DNA of 63,236 nt, filler included, from Syncephalis fuscata S228 (taxonomy: Eukaryota > Fungi > Zoopagomycota), in the NCBI GenBank assembly GCA_025786725.1. It is 3 parts of 3 records of this genome, joined end to end, with 100 filler letters (N's around TTAATTAATTAA, not from the genome) between each part and the next. Parts side by side here need not be neighbours in the genome. Positions count along the whole stretch, not along the records: positions 23,540 to 45,960 come from JAHLTZ010000142.1; 2 more parts are not named here. The stretch is one strand, 5' to 3'. The translations under genes and the position numbers were made by a program. Below the pieces are notes generated by a model. It did not search any database and was not told the origin of the DNA. It was given only the letters and a program-made list of their open reading frames with translations. Shown here piece after piece: positions 25,164-40,034 of the stretch (within the stretch, counting starts at the first letter, position 1; every line of letters begins with the position of its first letter).

Positions 25164-27437
25164 TTACAAACGAGAGCTTTCATAGACCAGTGCTACGTCT
25201 AATGCTTGTATTAGTGTTTGTTTCTAATAAATATGATATACAACACATATATATATATATGAATCGATAGCTTACCTTGCTTTGCCATTTCGGGTCTTAC
25301 TTGTTCAAGATCGCCAATAACAATGGCCACCGATGATGACCAACGATTAGCAGCATCAATGTCATCGGCAGCATTTGTATACTGTGCATGTTCAATAAGT
25401 AAGGCACCAGTAATTGTTTGGGCAATGGCAAATGCCAGACTGCGTGCACCGTATTCCAGTCGTGTCTTCTCTTGAATATTGGCGCGAATATACGCTTCAA
25501 TAGCACTTAGTGCATTACGGATATGGCTGGCTGCATCCGCCAATGGTTGAGGGAAGGATACAATCATATTGCGAATAGCCTAATACAATATAAATAAATT
25601 ATATTGTTATTATTAATCATGTTGATTGGCTACTTACCTTGCCAAGTACGAGGAAAGCGTCACCACCATCGGGTAAAAGTACACGCAATAAATCTAATGA
25701 AAGAATATTGGTTGTACCTTCCCAAATGGTATTTACTTGTGCATCACGATAAATACGACCCATACCAACGTCTTCCATATAGCCTTGGCCACCGAGTGAT
25801 TCCATGGCTTCACTGATGGCAGCTATACACTTCTTGGCTGTCCACAGCTTAATAACTGGAGCGAGAATACGGAAGAGTGCGTTATCGTCGCGCACAGCGG
25901 CCGAATCTCTGCCTGGACATTCGACACGGCCCAAAACAAATAGGCCATAGTAGGTTAGCTGCATTACTGCACGATATGTAAGCTCCATATCGGCTAGTGT
26001 GCGTGTATGTAGTGGCAATTCAACTAGTCGTTTATCTTGAGCCTACAATCCATCCAATTAAATACCATTAATTACTACTACTTTTAATTAAAGTAATAGC
26101 AATGTAAACTTACCACGCGTACACGAGAATATTCCTTTGAAATGGCCAGTGCTCGACCCAGGCCACCACATACACCAATAGCACAGTGCATACGTGTAAT
26201 GTTAAGAATAGAAGCAATAGTGGGAATGCCACGATGCAGTGGGCCTACTAATTGGCCACGCATATTTTCAAGTTCAAGTTCGGCCGTAGGCACTGCCTTC
26301 GTACCAAACTTATCCTTTAAACGGTGGATGCGCACGCCATTAAGCGAGCCATCGGCATTACGCATCTCAGCAAAGAATACCGATAGGCCGCGGCTGCCTT
26401 CACGGAATTCGTTGGTTTTTGGATCGCGTGCACGGGCCAGCATCAGTGTCATATCTGCATCGGTGGCCGATGAAAACCATTTAAAGCCATGGATGCTCCA
26501 TTCATTATGGGCTGCGTCCAGCGGTTCGGCTTTTGTTTCGGTACGGCTTACATCGCTGCCCCCTGGTCGTTCGGTCATCCATTGACCGCTGGTCCAGAAC
26601 CGGCTTGGATCGCGTGATGTTAAGCGAGTTAAGGCAAGTTGTTTGATGTCGTTGTTATCGCATAGTTCAAGTACACGTGCTGCACCGTCGGTCATGGCAA
26701 GTGGACAGGAGAAAATGCCAGATGATGGGCCAAATAGCAGCATTTTTGTAAATTGATAAAGGCGGCTGTATTCTTTTTGTGCACGTTCATACGCAATTGC
26801 CACTAAACTATATAATAATAAATGCAATAATAATGTCAATTATTTAAATGTTATCTATTGTGCAAATAGTCATCATACTTACCCTTCTTCAGCAGATACA
26901 GATTTTAATTGACGCCAACCTTCAGGTGTATTTAATTCATCAACGCGGCGACACCATGGATCAAATTGACGAAGAGTTGGTGGATGAGTCTCCGCATCGT
27001 TACCCATACGTGCAATATCTATCAAATTATTAGTACTGAATTCATTTACTTTATTGCCATTGTTGTTATCATACCGCCTAGAACACGGTCTCCAAAACGC
27101 TCCAAGTCTGGCCGAATCGATTCATACACGTCTTTGGGTATATAGCGTTGGAGAATACTGCGCAGAACACGGTTTTCTGTAAACTGGTTGCCAATGACTG
27201 GTACTTCCTAGTTGGTAGGCGGAATGAGTACTCGGCCAATAGGGCGTTACCGCTCGCGGTTAATCATCACTTACTTGAAGGAAGCCACGGGTAGCGTTTG
27301 CGTATTCAGTCGACATGGTCAATGTTTGGTTTGGTAGTAAATGAATGTGTACAGGTTTGAAGAGTTAGACGAGCGTATGAACGTGGTTTTAATAAAGGGA
27401 GAAGAGGCGAACTTTGCTTGAATGCAGACCTGTACAT
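25164..27437 (-). CDS. Acyl-CoA dehydrogenase, AidB-like subfamily (multi-exon)
   Basis: CPLAMTDGAAR, GQWMTERPGGSDV, GFKWFSSA, RLKDKFGTKAVPTAELEL, EAMESLGGQGYMED, RDAQVNTIWEGTTN; ends ESSRL*. Confidence 0.92.
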
Positions 27438-27810
27438 ATTAATGCGTGTAAACTTGTGCCTGTTTCTCGGCAAGTTGCGAGCCGACCATACGGCGCTAGT
27501 TACTCTATAAGAACTCCGAACCCCACATAAATAAACCAAATAAATACAGTTGTTTTATTAATGAATAAAACTTAGTGTAACAGCTGTAAGTACAGTATAA
27601 TGAATAAAACAAATGATAATTTCTATTATGTGTGTGTATTAATAACTATAAAGTAGTTATAACATTTGTTCGTAAATATATTAACACGTTAATTGCGCTA
27701 TTTTCATATAAGGAAATAGTTCAGGGATCGTCAGAGACTATTGGTTACATACCAATATTATTTATAAAAGTGAAATAAAGATGGTATAACTAATACTGCC
27801 ATACTTAACA

Positions 27811-28632
27811 AATAAAACACGATTGGCATTGCTGTCAATATTGCTACAATTAACTAAACTACGTAAATAAGCAAAGTTTTGAATTAAAATTGTTGCATTT
27901 ATTGTAATTAACTTTTTCCTATCAGGCAATTTAGCTTTGTAACTTTTATTATTCAATAATATTATAACTACATAATACTGTTACTCAATAATAATAATAA
28001 AAATGACTTTTATAATCCAATTTATTTAGCTTATATCAGAATCTATACAATTACAACGTTTGTTATAGATATGCTAATTTGAGCTATTTTTATGTTATTT
28101 AATAATAATAATTAAACTGATATTAAACATTTATTAAGCTGTTACAATTGCTAGTGTATATTAAATAATTAAATGGGTACTTTATGCTTTTACTTGTACA
28201 TATTTTGGTTTTACATTTGAGAATATAGCAACATCATTTGTAATATGTTTAGCAATAGATTAATAGTATCATTGCCAGAATCATATGGACAACCATTAAA
28301 GTGCTTAATATTGTACTGGGTAATCTTTACTAGGCCAGTTTTCTGCTTTTTGGCAGTCAAAACAAACTGATATTTGTTGCTGGAATGGTCTTTATGGGGA
28401 TAAATAAGCTACAATTTTGCTGAATCACTATTTTCCCTTTTAAAACTGCAATTGTTAACAAGCTTAGACTTATCAACAGCGGCCCTCAGTTCTTCAATAC
28501 TGTTAAATATAGCTTTTAAATAGTTTGGTAAACATTTGGTAGATTTTTCAAAACGGTGTATTTAATAAATATAATTTATAACGTTTTATTTTTATTAATA
28601 ACAACAACAATTTATATAGTAATTTATATAAT
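27811..28632 (-). mobile_element. MuDR remnant, copy 2 (inverted, near identical to 24028-24848)
   Basis: Reverse-complement match over ~820 bp. Confidence 0.85.
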
Positions 28633-28730
28633 AATAGACTAATAAAGTTAATTAATTACCATTTTCAGACAACACATTAGAATCATCAATAAACACCGAC
28701 ATCTATTATAGCGCACGCTTCACTTGAGTA

Positions 28731-28758
28731 TCATCCATCCATCCATCCATCCATCCAT
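28731..28758. repeat. (TCCA)n microsatellite upstream of PRT1
   Basis: About six tandem ATCC units. Confidence 0.85.
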
Positions 28759-28834
28759 CTTTCTATTCATCTATCCATCCATCGATCGATTGGTTGTGTT
28801 ATTGTAGGCAATTGCCGTTCTTTCTAGTAGCAAT

Positions 28835-31331
28835 ATGCCGGCTCCATTTAGATTTAATCCGGAAGCACTTCCGGAATCGGAAGATGATATCAACTTTAGT
28901 GATTTGGAACAGGAATTCAACGTGCCCGAGTTGGAGTTCTGCTTCGACTCCATCGTCGTCGTTGACAACGTACCTGTGGTTGATGAAGCCAAAGAAAAGA
29001 AACTAGTTGGTGCCATTCAAAAGATCTTTAAAGGATGTGGCCGTATTCGCGACAACGGCATCCACATGCCCATGACAGAGAAGGATGGCAAACAAGTCTC
29101 TAAAGGGTATGTACTATGTTGATATAGTCGGTAATGCTAGCATCGTTAACGAGATCTATGGTAATAGATTTGTATTTATTGAATTTGAGACGCCAGAGAT
29201 GGCCGATCTTGCTGTACGTCAAGTGAACAACTATCGCATGGACAAACAACACGTGCTCTCTGTGCATCACTTTGATGACGTTGACAAAGCCGCCAAAGTA
29301 GAAGATGAATTCCAAGAACCCGAAGAGGAGGAATTTGAAGAACGGGTAAGTTATTAATTAATAGTTACTAGTATATGTAATATAATTAAATAATATAATT
29401 GGCCAATTTATAGGAACATTTACGCGATTGGTTACTCGATCAACGTGCGCGTGATCAATTTGTAACTTACTATGGCGATGAGGTAGCCATTTCTTGGAAC
29501 AACAAAAAGGATGATGCAGAACAAGTGTACAACCGTATGGTAAGCTATCTACTAATCGACACATACATGCAAACAGATATATATTAATTGTTTATTTAAA
29601 TAGAACTGGACAGAGACTTATGTACAATGGTCACCTCGTGGTACTTACTTGATTACTGTACATCGTCAAGGTGTGGCATTATGGGGAGGTCGTAGCTGGA
29701 AGAAGATTATGCGATTCTTCCATCCAGGTGTTAAGCTAATTGACTTTTCGCCCAATGAACGTTATATGGTAACCTGGAGCAATGAACCCATCCAATCAGG
29801 TGTACCCGGTTCACCATTCAGTGCAGACAGTGAAGGTCATCAAATTGTTATTTGGGATGTACTATCTGGTGTATTATTGCGTACATTCCCTAGCAATCCT
29901 GATAAGAATGCCGAAGGTGGACCAGCCAAGATTATGTGGCCAGCATTTAAATGGTCACCATCCAGTCGCTATTTTGCACGTCTTACACCCGGCCAAGGTA
30001 TTTCAGTATATGAAACACCCGGTATGGGCCTAGTCGATAAGAAGAGTATCAAGATTGAGGGGGTACGCGACTTTGAATGGTCACCCGCCACCAGTGGCAA
30101 TACAGATACTACTACCGGTACTGCCACTACCGGCAGTGAGGATAAGAAGCGGCCTAGAGATGAATTACTCGCTTACTGGACACCTGAAGTGGGCAATCAG
30201 CCAGCCCGTGTTACACTAATGAACGTACCTAGTCGGGCTATTGTCCGTACTAAGAATATTTTCCAAGTGAGTGACTGTCGTCTACACTGGCACCCACAAG
30301 GCAGCTATCTATGTGTTAAAGTCGATAGACACACAAAGAGTAAAAAGTCGACCTTTTCCAACCTTGAACTGTTCCACACGAAGGAAAAGGGTATTCCAGT
30401 TGAAGTAGTTGAACTTAAAGAGATTGCTATTGCCTTCGCTTGGGAGCCACATGGTGATCGATTTGTTGTTATTACCACACTTGATCCAAATCTGCTACAC
30501 ATGAATGGACCAACTATTCCAGTCACCCCACGTACTAATGTGGCCTTTTACGGTGTGGAACAAGTAAAGGCTATTAAAGGCAAGGCTAAGAATAAGCAAC
30601 CAGCAGCTGCTACTGCTGCCGGCCCTACTGAAGGCGGATTCCGTTGCATTAAACAGCTGGAGAAGAAGACCGCCAACGGTGTATTCTGGTCGCCTAAGGG
30701 TCGCCACGTTGTATTAATCACCCTGCGTTCTCAGACCTGCTGGGATATTGAATTCTGGGATATGGATTTAGAAACAACGGCCAATTCCAAGGCTGGTGCC
30801 ACCGATCCAGGTGCTACCGTGCAATTGATCGGTGCCCATGATCATTTCGGCGTGACCGATATTGAATGGGATCCAACTGGTCGCTATGTATTGACCAGTG
30901 CATCTAGCTGGCGCCATACCATGGAAAACGGCTATGCCATTTGGGATTTCCGGGGTGAATTACTGCAAAAGCAAGTGGTCGACCGCTTTAAGCAGATTCT
31001 ATGGCGTCCACGCCCTAAAACACTGTTGCCTGAGGAGCAACAGCGTAAGATTAGACGTAATCTTAAAGAGTACTCGAAAGAATTTGAACTTGAAGATCAG
31101 TTCTCGCAAACAGCCGCTTCACAAGCCGTTATCGAAGAACGTCGTCGTCTATTGCAAGAATGGAACGCGTGGCGCGATCGTGTTGAGAAGGAGTTAACCG
31201 AGGCCCGTGTATCTGCCGGTCAAGAACCAGACCATCATATGCCAGATGATGATGAATTCGAGACAGTTGAAGAGCTTGTTGAAGAAGTCATTAGTGAGAA
31301 GGAAGAAGTTGTTAAAGATAAGAAGAAATAA
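28835..31331 (+). CDS. PRT1: Translation initiation factor eIF3 subunit b
   Basis: RRM (VVVDNVPVV, KG|FVFIEF), beta-propeller (WSPRGTYL, EWDPTGRY), WRPRP, C-terminal EELVEEVI. Confidence 0.95.
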
Positions 31332-31693
31332 ACAATAAATAGTCTTTTTTATCATTTAATATATAATAATTGTAATCACTTCAGTTTTATTTTACCAATA
31401 AACAATTCATCATAATAGAATGAAAGATAATAAATGAATGAATAAAATAAAAAGTAATAAACAAAATACAGCAATGAATAGAATCATAATAGCCATGATA
31501 CCAGGTGTACGTATAGAAGGAGTGAAAGTGTAAAATAATATAGCAAATAAATCAGTATACTATAAACAGTGCATGTCTACAGTATATGATAGATCAAGAA
31601 TGAAAATGAAGCACAGATAGATAGATAGAGATATGAATAAAATAGATAGATAAATGGATGATGGAAAGATAGCAAGCATTTTAAACTAGTTAC

Positions 31694-34600
31694 TTAAACA
31701 GTGTGACTATGACTATGACTATGGTCATGGTCATAGGTTTGTAACAAATCAGTATAATTACGAATTAATGTATCAATACCGCGTAGATAGCCATGATCAG
31801 AACCTGGATAGGTAGGAGGGAATCTAACGGAATCTGGCTCCTCTAATCGCCATTCAGGTGTAGTGGTATGGGCAAAATCAATAATACGTACAGTAATTTC
31901 CGTGTCAGCAGTAATAGCTGCATCATAAATAAGCAGTAAACTACTACCGTAAAGCCGAACACCATCCATTTCGCGCACCAACTCGGCCAATTGTCTCAAC
32001 TTCTGTAAGAGACGAGGTATTAATTGCACTTGTATACCCTCTCCATTATCTAGATAGTCCCGTAGCGCTTCACGGAATCCATCGGCATTAAGAGAGCGAC
32101 CCACATACTTGTCAACGTATTTATACTGATGGGTGTCCATTTTATACACCTGTGTACCGCATACGCGTACTCCCAATGATTTACTAGTGGAACGGGCACA
32201 TTTACGTATTTGACTGGCCCGTTTCTCCGGTGTTGCCTCCACACCATATTGCCGGGTACCCATTTTAAGATCGAGTATACTTGGATGGCGCATATTATAG
32301 GTTAGATCTTCTAATAACAAGAATTGGTGCATTTTAGGCGGTGATGATTTACAGTTACCATGGTGTGACAACTGACGTGAACCACCATGTAATTTATTGG
32401 CTGTCAATTGATAACAATGCAATGACCATGGATTAGCCAAGGGAGATCGGCGAGAACCCATTGAACGAGATGTAGGCAGTCTTTCATTATTACTGCCATT
32501 ATTACTATTGTTAGTATTGGTATGGCTATTGGTAGTGTTGGCATTACTAGTATTACTATGACCATTTGAATCATTGGGCGATGATACAAGTGTAGATATT
32601 TTGGTATGATTATCGATTGTATGACCTTTAAATGTATGGCTATCATTACTATCGTCCTTGGTAGTCGTATCCACTTCATCAGTAGATGGTTTCAAGAAGG
32701 GAGTCGATGACATGGCCCGTTTCCAATATGCACTTTGATTATCTTTAAATAAACTATCACGTAATCGTTGTTGTCTATTACGGAAATCATGAGATCGTTG
32801 GCGTGAATGGGCCATCGAATGCTGTCTAGCCGTCTTTGTTGTTGTGGCGCCCAATGATGAGGGCGGTGATAGTTGTTGAGATGATGTATTGGTGGAGGAA
32901 TTACTTAATACTTCGTCAGGACTAGACATTGTTTGAAGTGCTGTACTCTCTTCTAGTTCACCCTCTTCATCACTAAAGGTGGAAAACATACGCAATGATG
33001 ATGGTCGAGCAGGTCTACACAAGGGTGATGTCGCCTCATTCTCTTCCCAGTTGTTAGTTGACTCGTTGTTCATAGCAAGTCCAGGTGAGCTTCTACAGGA
33101 TTGATCGCCACTAAATTCAACTTGTGTCATATCTCTTGATTCACCTGATAGTGAATGTCGACGCGAATTGCATCTACTGCTCTTTGACTTGCGTAATCGT
33201 TCACGCCATGATCCAGGCGACAATGCTTCTCCAATAACAAGTTGCTGTAGTTGTAGATTAACACTACGGGTATCGGTTGAATCGGTGGTGTCAGAGGCTG
33301 CTTCATCAGCACTAAGTGCCCATACATCTTCGTCTAGAGTGCCATGTTGACGCATCTTACGCACTAACCAGGCCGGCAGAATATGCTGATTATGTTCAAA
33401 TAGCAGTTCGGGGGTCGCTTCTTCCATATCACCCTGTAGTGTATAGGTAACGTTCAATACACCCAAATAACTAGGGGCAAATTCTAATAGTGCTGAATGC
33501 TTTAAAGCCATTAATTCATAAAATTGCTTTTCCCGCTTATTAAGTAGTTTACACACAGCACGTGATGAAAAGCGTAGAAATGATGAATGGCCACCCACTT
33601 GATTAGGAAACGGTGTCAATGGTAGAGACTTTAATCCATCAGGTCCAAATAATTCATCATCGCTATCACTATCAAATGCATCTCGTTCATCAATATCTGT
33701 ATGAGTATCACTGGCCGCACCATTATGGTTATTACTACTAGAATGATGACCGAGTTGCATTAACGAAAATGATACATCACTGTCTACTGAACATGGACTA
33801 GATGGTTCATAAGATAAATGGCGTTCATTGTTGTTGTCATGGTCATAGTTGTATAGACGTACAGATGGAGATGGAGATAGAGTAGACAAGTGCTGTGTTG
33901 TGGTAGCATCTGTCTTAATGTCACTATTCAATGCAGGCTCTGTAGGTAGAGTAAAGTTGATACCTGACCAGTCAAGTGGAGGCGGTGACCGTGAATAGGA
34001 TAGACTAGGTGATATATCATCAGTAGTAAATAGACCCGATTCATCATCAGATGTATGGCGGTGACTGCCTTCACTATGGTTATCTTCTTTACTGTTAAGT
34101 ATTTGCTGTTGTTGTTGTTGCTTTTGTTGCAGTGATAACTGACCTGTATAACCACTAGCCATATTGGATACTACTAGATTAGATAGGAATCCTGGTGCAG
34201 CTGGACAGCTTGAAGGATGAATAGATTCAATTAATCTGGCTGGAGATAGTGAATGAGTAGATAGTGGATTGATATTGACGGTTGTTATCGTATCGATAAC
34301 AGATGTAGTATCAGTAACCGTAGTAGTCGTAGTAGATGCAGTATTATTAGCAACCGTTAGAATAGATGCCGTGGATACAGCACCTCCAGATGTAAACAAC
34401 TTTTCTGTATGTTCTTCTGTTGATAATAGAGCACTATCTGGTTTTAATGTGGTATAGGCTAGTAGTGACGGCTGTTGTGGCTGTTCTTCTGGCTGTTGTT
34501 GTTGTTGCAGCATTTCTTGTCGTTCTGGCGTAATTGGTGGTGACATTTCTGCATAGTTTTGAGTGATAGATTGTACGTTGGTAGTAAGAATAGCTGTTAT

Positions 34601-34720
34601 GTTAGCGGTAGAAAGCGCCCGGCGTGGCAACGCTAGACTTGACGGCAATGTCTGGGTTGGCGGTAGCTGTTGTTGTTGTTGTTGTTCAGATAGTGATACT
34701 GACGAAGATCCTGCCTGCAT
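31694..34720 (-). CDS. KCS1: Inositol polyphosphate kinase (IP6K/Kcs1-like)
   Basis: [17 protein letters not shown] and IIDFA motifs; N-lobe QVGGH. Confidence 0.88.
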   Translation of the reverse strand: MQAGSSSVSLSEQQQQQQLPPTQTLPSSLALPRRALSTANITAILTTNVQSITQNYAEMSPPITPERQEMLQQQQQPEEQPQQPSLLAYTTLKPDSALLSTEEHTEKLFTSGGAVSTASILTVANNTASTTTTTVTDTTSVIDTITTVNINPLSTHSLSPARLIESIHPSSCPAAPGFLSNLVVSNMASGYTGQLSLQQKQQQQQQILNSKEDNHSEGSHRHTSDDESGLFTTDDISPSLSYSRSPPPLDWSGINFTLPTEPALNSDIKTDATTTQHLSTLSPSPSVRLYNYDHDNNNERHLSYEPSSPCSVDSDVSFSLMQLGHHSSSNNHNGAASDTHTDIDERDAFDSDSDDELFGPDGLKSLPLTPFPNQVGGHSSFLRFSSRAVCKLLNKREKQFYELMALKHSALLEFAPSYLGVLNVTYTLQGDMEEATPELLFEHNQHILPAWLVRKMRQHGTLDEDVWALSADEAASDTTDSTDTRSVNLQLQQLVIGEALSPGSWRERLRKSKSSRCNSRRHSLSGESRDMTQVEFSGDQSCRSSPGLAMNNESTNNWEENEATSPLCRPARPSSLRMFSTFSDEEGELEESTALQTMSSPDEVLSNSSTNTSSQQLSPPSSLGATTTKTARQHSMAHSRQRSHDFRNRQQRLRDSLFKDNQSAYWKRAMSSTPFLKPSTDEVDTTTKDDSNDSHTFKGHTIDNHTKISTLVSSPNDSNGHSNTSNANTTNSHTNTNNSNNGSNNERLPTSRSMGSRRSPLANPWSLHCYQLTANKLHGGSRQLSHHGNCKSSPPKMHQFLLLEDLTYNMRHPSILDLKMGTRQYGVEATPEKRASQIRKCARSTSKSLGVRVCGTQVYKMDTHQYKYVDKYVGRSLNADGFREALRDYLDNGEGIQVQLIPRLLQKLRQLAELVREMDGVRLYGSSLLLIYDAAITADTEITVRIIDFAHTTTPEWRLEEPDSVRFPPTYPGSDHGYLRGIDTLIRNYTDLLQTYDHDHSHSHSHTV

Positions 34721-36985
34721 GCTGGTCGCTTATAACATATAACCCGTTTAGCCGATATAATAAGACAATAAATCAAGTAGCTAATAAAGGGAAAGAAATA
34801 AAGAAAGAAAAGGTTAATATCAATATGAATGTAGACCAATCAGTATGCAAATTGTAACAAACGTAAAACAACTAGATGCAGCGAGAATGAAAGGAAATAG
34901 AAAGCAAAAGCCTTTTGAGTGTAGAAAACGTGGCAATCAAATAGACAGTACAAAGGTGGGGTAATTGGAAGCAATAGAGAACGAAATATGCCAACGCTGT
35001 TGTTATTGCTATAATCGAACGAATAGAAAGGAATAGTAGAAATACGAATAGATACAAATCCACACATTCAAATTACCTAGGCACACACACACACAATACA
35101 CACGTGGGCGTGAGACGAAAAGTGTAAAGGTCGGAAAAGATAGTCAAAGATAGAAAATCGATCTTGCTAAACAAGTTTGTAGTGTATTAAAAGCTCGTTT
35201 AGTATCACTTATTTATCCACTCCACATACACACTTCCTCTTTCTTTTTCTCATAAAAGTATCTGTAGACACGTTGTTGGTGTGTTAATAGAACAAATAAT
35301 AAATTGGAAAAGAAAATGGCAAATAACACAACAAATAGCGTAACAACGAGTAGAGAAGTGTATATTCAGTAGCAATAAAGGCATAGACACAGTAAGTGAC
35401 GGGAGCCATAGCCAGTGCTTTTAAAGCTTGTTTGGCCAGTCTATGCGCGTATAGACGGCGTTGTATACACTTGCTGTTCTGCAGACTACGTATTCGCTGT
35501 AGGTAGATGCAAGCAAAGGCAATATGCACCATGTAGGTATATAAAACTATACGTATGGCTTGCTTGCTTGCCTATCTGTCTAAACACACACGCAGCGTAT
35601 ATACCACACTCATTAGCAGTGATAGCATTTCTACGGCTTGGCAGTTGACACTGATGACGTTAGCTTTTCTATTCTGTATAGACACTGTGCGTATACACGG
35701 CCGTCATGGCAGCATCATAATAAATTCCCTTTATAAGCTATTTATCATTACTATTCTATTTATGCGTTAATAGATATTATCATTGGTTGTTGAACCACGC
35801 GTAGACTTTACATCGTCTACACTAATGACTTGTTGTACATCGACCCATCTACTGAGTAGTCAAAGGCTATTTGTTCATTGAATGGACATTAACCGCATAA
35901 GTAATGGCACCATGTCAACACTACTGCTATGTTATATTGGCCATTACGTTTGACACATTATACAAAAGTAAATAGATTACACAGACATGTGAACAACACA
36001 ACAATAACAATAACAACAATAACAATAACAACAAGACGGCAGTGCCAACTTGTTAAACGTGTAAAACACATTATTGTACGCATAATAAACATAAATAAAA
36101 AGCATCTTTGTGTTATAGTCTACAAATAAACAATAGAGTACATGCTATGTTTGTACGCGCAATAATGATGGTTGTCTGGTTGGGTATAGCAGGATCATTG
36201 TAGTATCTATGCGTTAAAGGATAGGTATATTCCGTGTAATCAAATAAAGGAGACAAACGTCAGAATACTAAATGTAAATGTACCTACCTTATAATCGTGG
36301 AGTGTGGTGATCATAGATTGGTAAAGAAATAACAACTAGATCTAGTAGAAGTAGAAGTAGAAGTAACGATAAACTAATGGGTTCACAAAGGAGAATAAAA
36401 GCAGTAAAGGTAGAAAGGGGAACTACAAACTCTCAAGGGGGCAAGACCTTGAAGCAATGGGAAAAGGCACAAATAGCGGAAAATTAAAAGCACGTGCTAT
36501 TTATACCTGATGGCGTTGGAATTCGTTTATAGGTGATGATTTGGTGGTTATTATGGATACACCCATTCCATAGTCATCATGAGTATGTGTAGGTGCATAC
36601 CATATACAGCAATGATAGAAAATGAGTCCTCTATTCATCTATGGTTGGCTATACTATGTATATCATTTATTACGTGGCATTCAAAAGTACACGTTTTGAT
36701 CCTCTAATAGTGTCGGTTACCTATTGATTGGCATTGCGGGGTAGAATAGACAAATGACTGGTGGTGTCGTTAATTTGTATGTAGTCATTTATTGAAACAG
36801 TGCTGCCATGACTGCCATATTCCAACCTGTATTTGTTATACAAAAGGTGGGCTTCATTGGGTTTCACAGTAACATGTCGGTCATAAGTATATTAATCGAT
36901 GGCTTGTAACGATCACGCCACCTGTTTGATCTCATTTACATTTACGTTTATTTGTACCAATTTTATTGCTGCTGCTGCTGCTACG

Positions 36986-38180
36986 ATGCGTCAAATTGTA
37001 TTCCAAAGTCGTGACCAAATTGTGGTTAAAGAGACCGATGATCCAGTGCCTACAGCCAATCAAGTGCTTATTTCAGTCGAAGCTGCAGGCGTTAACTTTG
37101 CCGATATTCTAGTAAGTTGTTACGTTGAACCAACGCTACACATGTGCATCGTTAACCAGTATCTACATATTTATCTATTCATTATTCGTCTATCTATCCA
37201 CCGTCTATTCATTTATTACTAGGCGCGCAGGGGGCTGTATCCCGATGCACCTGCCTTCCCCTGCGTCGTCGGTTACGAGATAGCCGGTCGTGTTATTGCT
37301 CTTGGTGAAGGCGTGGATCCCAGTTGGCAAGATGCTGAAGTAGTAGGCATTACACGCTTTGGTGGCTATAGCGAGAAGGTAGCGGTGCCTATTGAACAGC
37401 TATGTCGTAAACCAGCTAGTATTTCCTTTGAAGAGGCGGCCTCTATTCCTGTGGCCTATATGACGGCCTGGATGTTACTTATCATCCAAGGTAGATATAT
37501 ACATATGTAATGTTGTTATTTATTAATCAATGATACTGTTTAGGCGGTTTACGTAAAAATGATACAGTGCTAATTCAAAATGCCGGTAGTGGCGTAGGTT
37601 TGGCAGCGATTGATATTGCCCGCCATGTAGGAGCACGCTCTATTGGTACGGCAAGCGAGCATAAGCACCAGTTTTTGACGGAACAACGTGGCCTTGACCA
37701 TGCTATCGATTATCGCGAATCCACATGGCCAGTTCGTGTCAAGGAATTAACTGATAATCGTGGTGTCGATCTAGTCATTGATCCACTGGGACCGGTTTCC
37801 TGGAAACAATCCTATGAGCTATTAGCGTTGGGCGGTCGTCTAGGCATTTACGGGGCCTCAGAGATTGCCGAGCATGGTCTAGCCTGGATATGGGCCTTGA
37901 TGCGTTTTGTTTTACGCATGCCTAGCTATAAGCCTTTGCCGCTAATGGATAGTTGCCGGGGTGTTTACGGCACCAATCTGCTGCGTATGTTTAATGAACC
38001 ACACCGGGCCACGACTGGCTATCTACTGTAGTTCAAGGAGTCGATGAAGGCTGGGCCCGGCCTCATGTTGATCGTACTTTTACCTTTGATGAGGCACAAG
38101 AAGCGCAAACGTACATCGAAGAGCGTAAAAGTACCGGTAAAGTTATTCTAGTACCTGGCCCTGTTCGTCAACAAGAATAA
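36986..38180 (+). CDS. MDR-family quinone oxidoreductase / VAT-1-like; apparent frameshift near 38010
   Basis: AAGVNFADIL, VVGYEIAG, PVAYMTAW, NAGSGVG; C-terminal ERKSTGKVILVP lies in a shifted frame. Confidence 0.85.
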
Positions 38181-38194
38181 CAAGAATAATAAAT

Positions 38195-38860
38195 GGTTAT
38201 CCATATAATTCTGGTAACGATACTGTTAAATCTATTGCTAAACATATTACAAATGATGTTGCTATATTCTCAAATGTAAAACCAAAATATGTACAAGTAA
38301 AAGCATAAAGTACACATTTGATTATTTAATATACACTAGCAATTGTAACAGCTTAATAAATATTATTGTTTTTATTACAAAATTTAATTTGCTTTTGATT
38401 CAATAAAAAATGGCATTGTTATAGCAATAGTAATAAAATGATGCAATACTGGCCAAGTAACCAAAGAAGAAAAAGAAATAGAAATAATGGTTTAATCAAA
38501 TGTTTAATATCAATTTAATTATTATTATTATTAAATAACTTATAAAAATAGCTCAAATTAGCATATCTATAACAAACGTTGTAATTGTATGGATTCTGAT
38601 ATAAGCTAAATGAATTGGATTATAAAAGTCATTTTATTATTATTGAGTAACAGTATTATGTAGTTATAATATTATTGAATAATAAAAGTTACAAAGCTAA
38701 ATTGCCTGATGGGAAAAAGTTAATTACAATAAATGCAACAATTTTAATTTGAAACTTTGCTTATTTACGTAGTTTAGTTAATTGTAGCAATATTGACAGC
38801 AATGCCAATTGCATTTTATTTTTAAAAGATTTCTGACAATATACTTGTAGTAAATGCAAC
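38195..38860 (+). mobile_element. MuDR remnant, copy 3 (more diverged, with ~130 bp extra internal sequence)
   Basis: Matches 24365-24887 apart from extra sequence near 38362-38497. Confidence 0.8.
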
Positions 38861-39021
38861 TAAATAATTCTAAAAATTAAAATAAAAACAGTCTATTTTT
38901 GAAAATTATCTACTATTAAATAGAACAATAAAATCTATATTTATTTACAAATCATATTGTAGTTTGTATTAGTTGTTTTTCTCTTTCAGTTTATTTTACT
39001 TACTTTTAACTCAATAGTATT

Positions 39022-40034
39022 ATGACCATAACTACAAGTGAGGCCAGACCAAGACAAAGCTAGATCATCTTTGGCGTTTATCTCATGCATTGTAACTACT
39101 GCACCGCAACTCTCGGTGCATTACCAAGAGATCTTTCATAAAGTAGCCGCAACCGATAACCAAACACTTGCCGAAGCTACCCAGCGTCGCTGTTGTTCAC
39201 ACTGCGGTGTCCCCCGTGTTCCTGGACATACCAGCCATACTTGCGTTATTAATCGCCAAACAGTAAAAAGATCGCGGCAATTACAAAGTAAAAGTGTAGA
39301 CAAACATAAAACGACAGATAATGACAAACAACAACAACCAGCAATATCAACAAAATGTAATAGCACTTTTTTATCCACACAAAATGGCGTTACGCCCATA
39401 GTAAAAGCCATTGCCACTTCACTATGTAGGCCGTCCTATAGATCAACGTGCTAAGGGACAATCTATTCGGTTACATAGTGCACGCGATATTGACATATCA
39501 TGTCTTGTCTGTGGTGGTACAACGCGATATGGCGGCTCTACTCGGTCAGAGTTGCAAAAAGTAAGCGCCAATACTCGCAAAATACAAATTAAAAAACGAT
39601 CACGAAAACAGCGTCATCAATCAAATGCTTCCAACATTAAAGCTCTAGCAACAACAAACCAACTATCGACAGATATTAATTTAGTAGCAACAATTCCACA
39701 AATAAATACACCCACTGAATTAAATACACCAGTAATGAACCCTCAAATTAACAGCAATAAGCAAACAGTTAATAACAACAACAAAAAGAATGAAAGCAAG
39801 AAGGCTACGGCGATCAATCATAAAGCATCAAGTGCATTATTGGATGCAAATACCAAAAAGCAACAATCGTCTAATCAATTGGCCAAAACATCAACACAGA
39901 TAAAAGATAAGAAGGCGAATAAAAAGCAGCACGCATTAAGTAAATTACTTGCTAAAGGCAAGCAGCAGCGCACGGATGACAATATCAAGAAAAACGTTAG
40001 TCTTAATGACTTTCTTATGGATTTTGAGCAATAA
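39022..40034 (+). CDS. RNase P/MRP Rpr2/Rpp21/Snm1-domain protein; apparent frameshifts
   Basis: RRCCSHCGVPRVPG and ISCLVCGG zinc-knuckle pair, Lys-rich tail, SLNDFL end. Confidence 0.6.
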
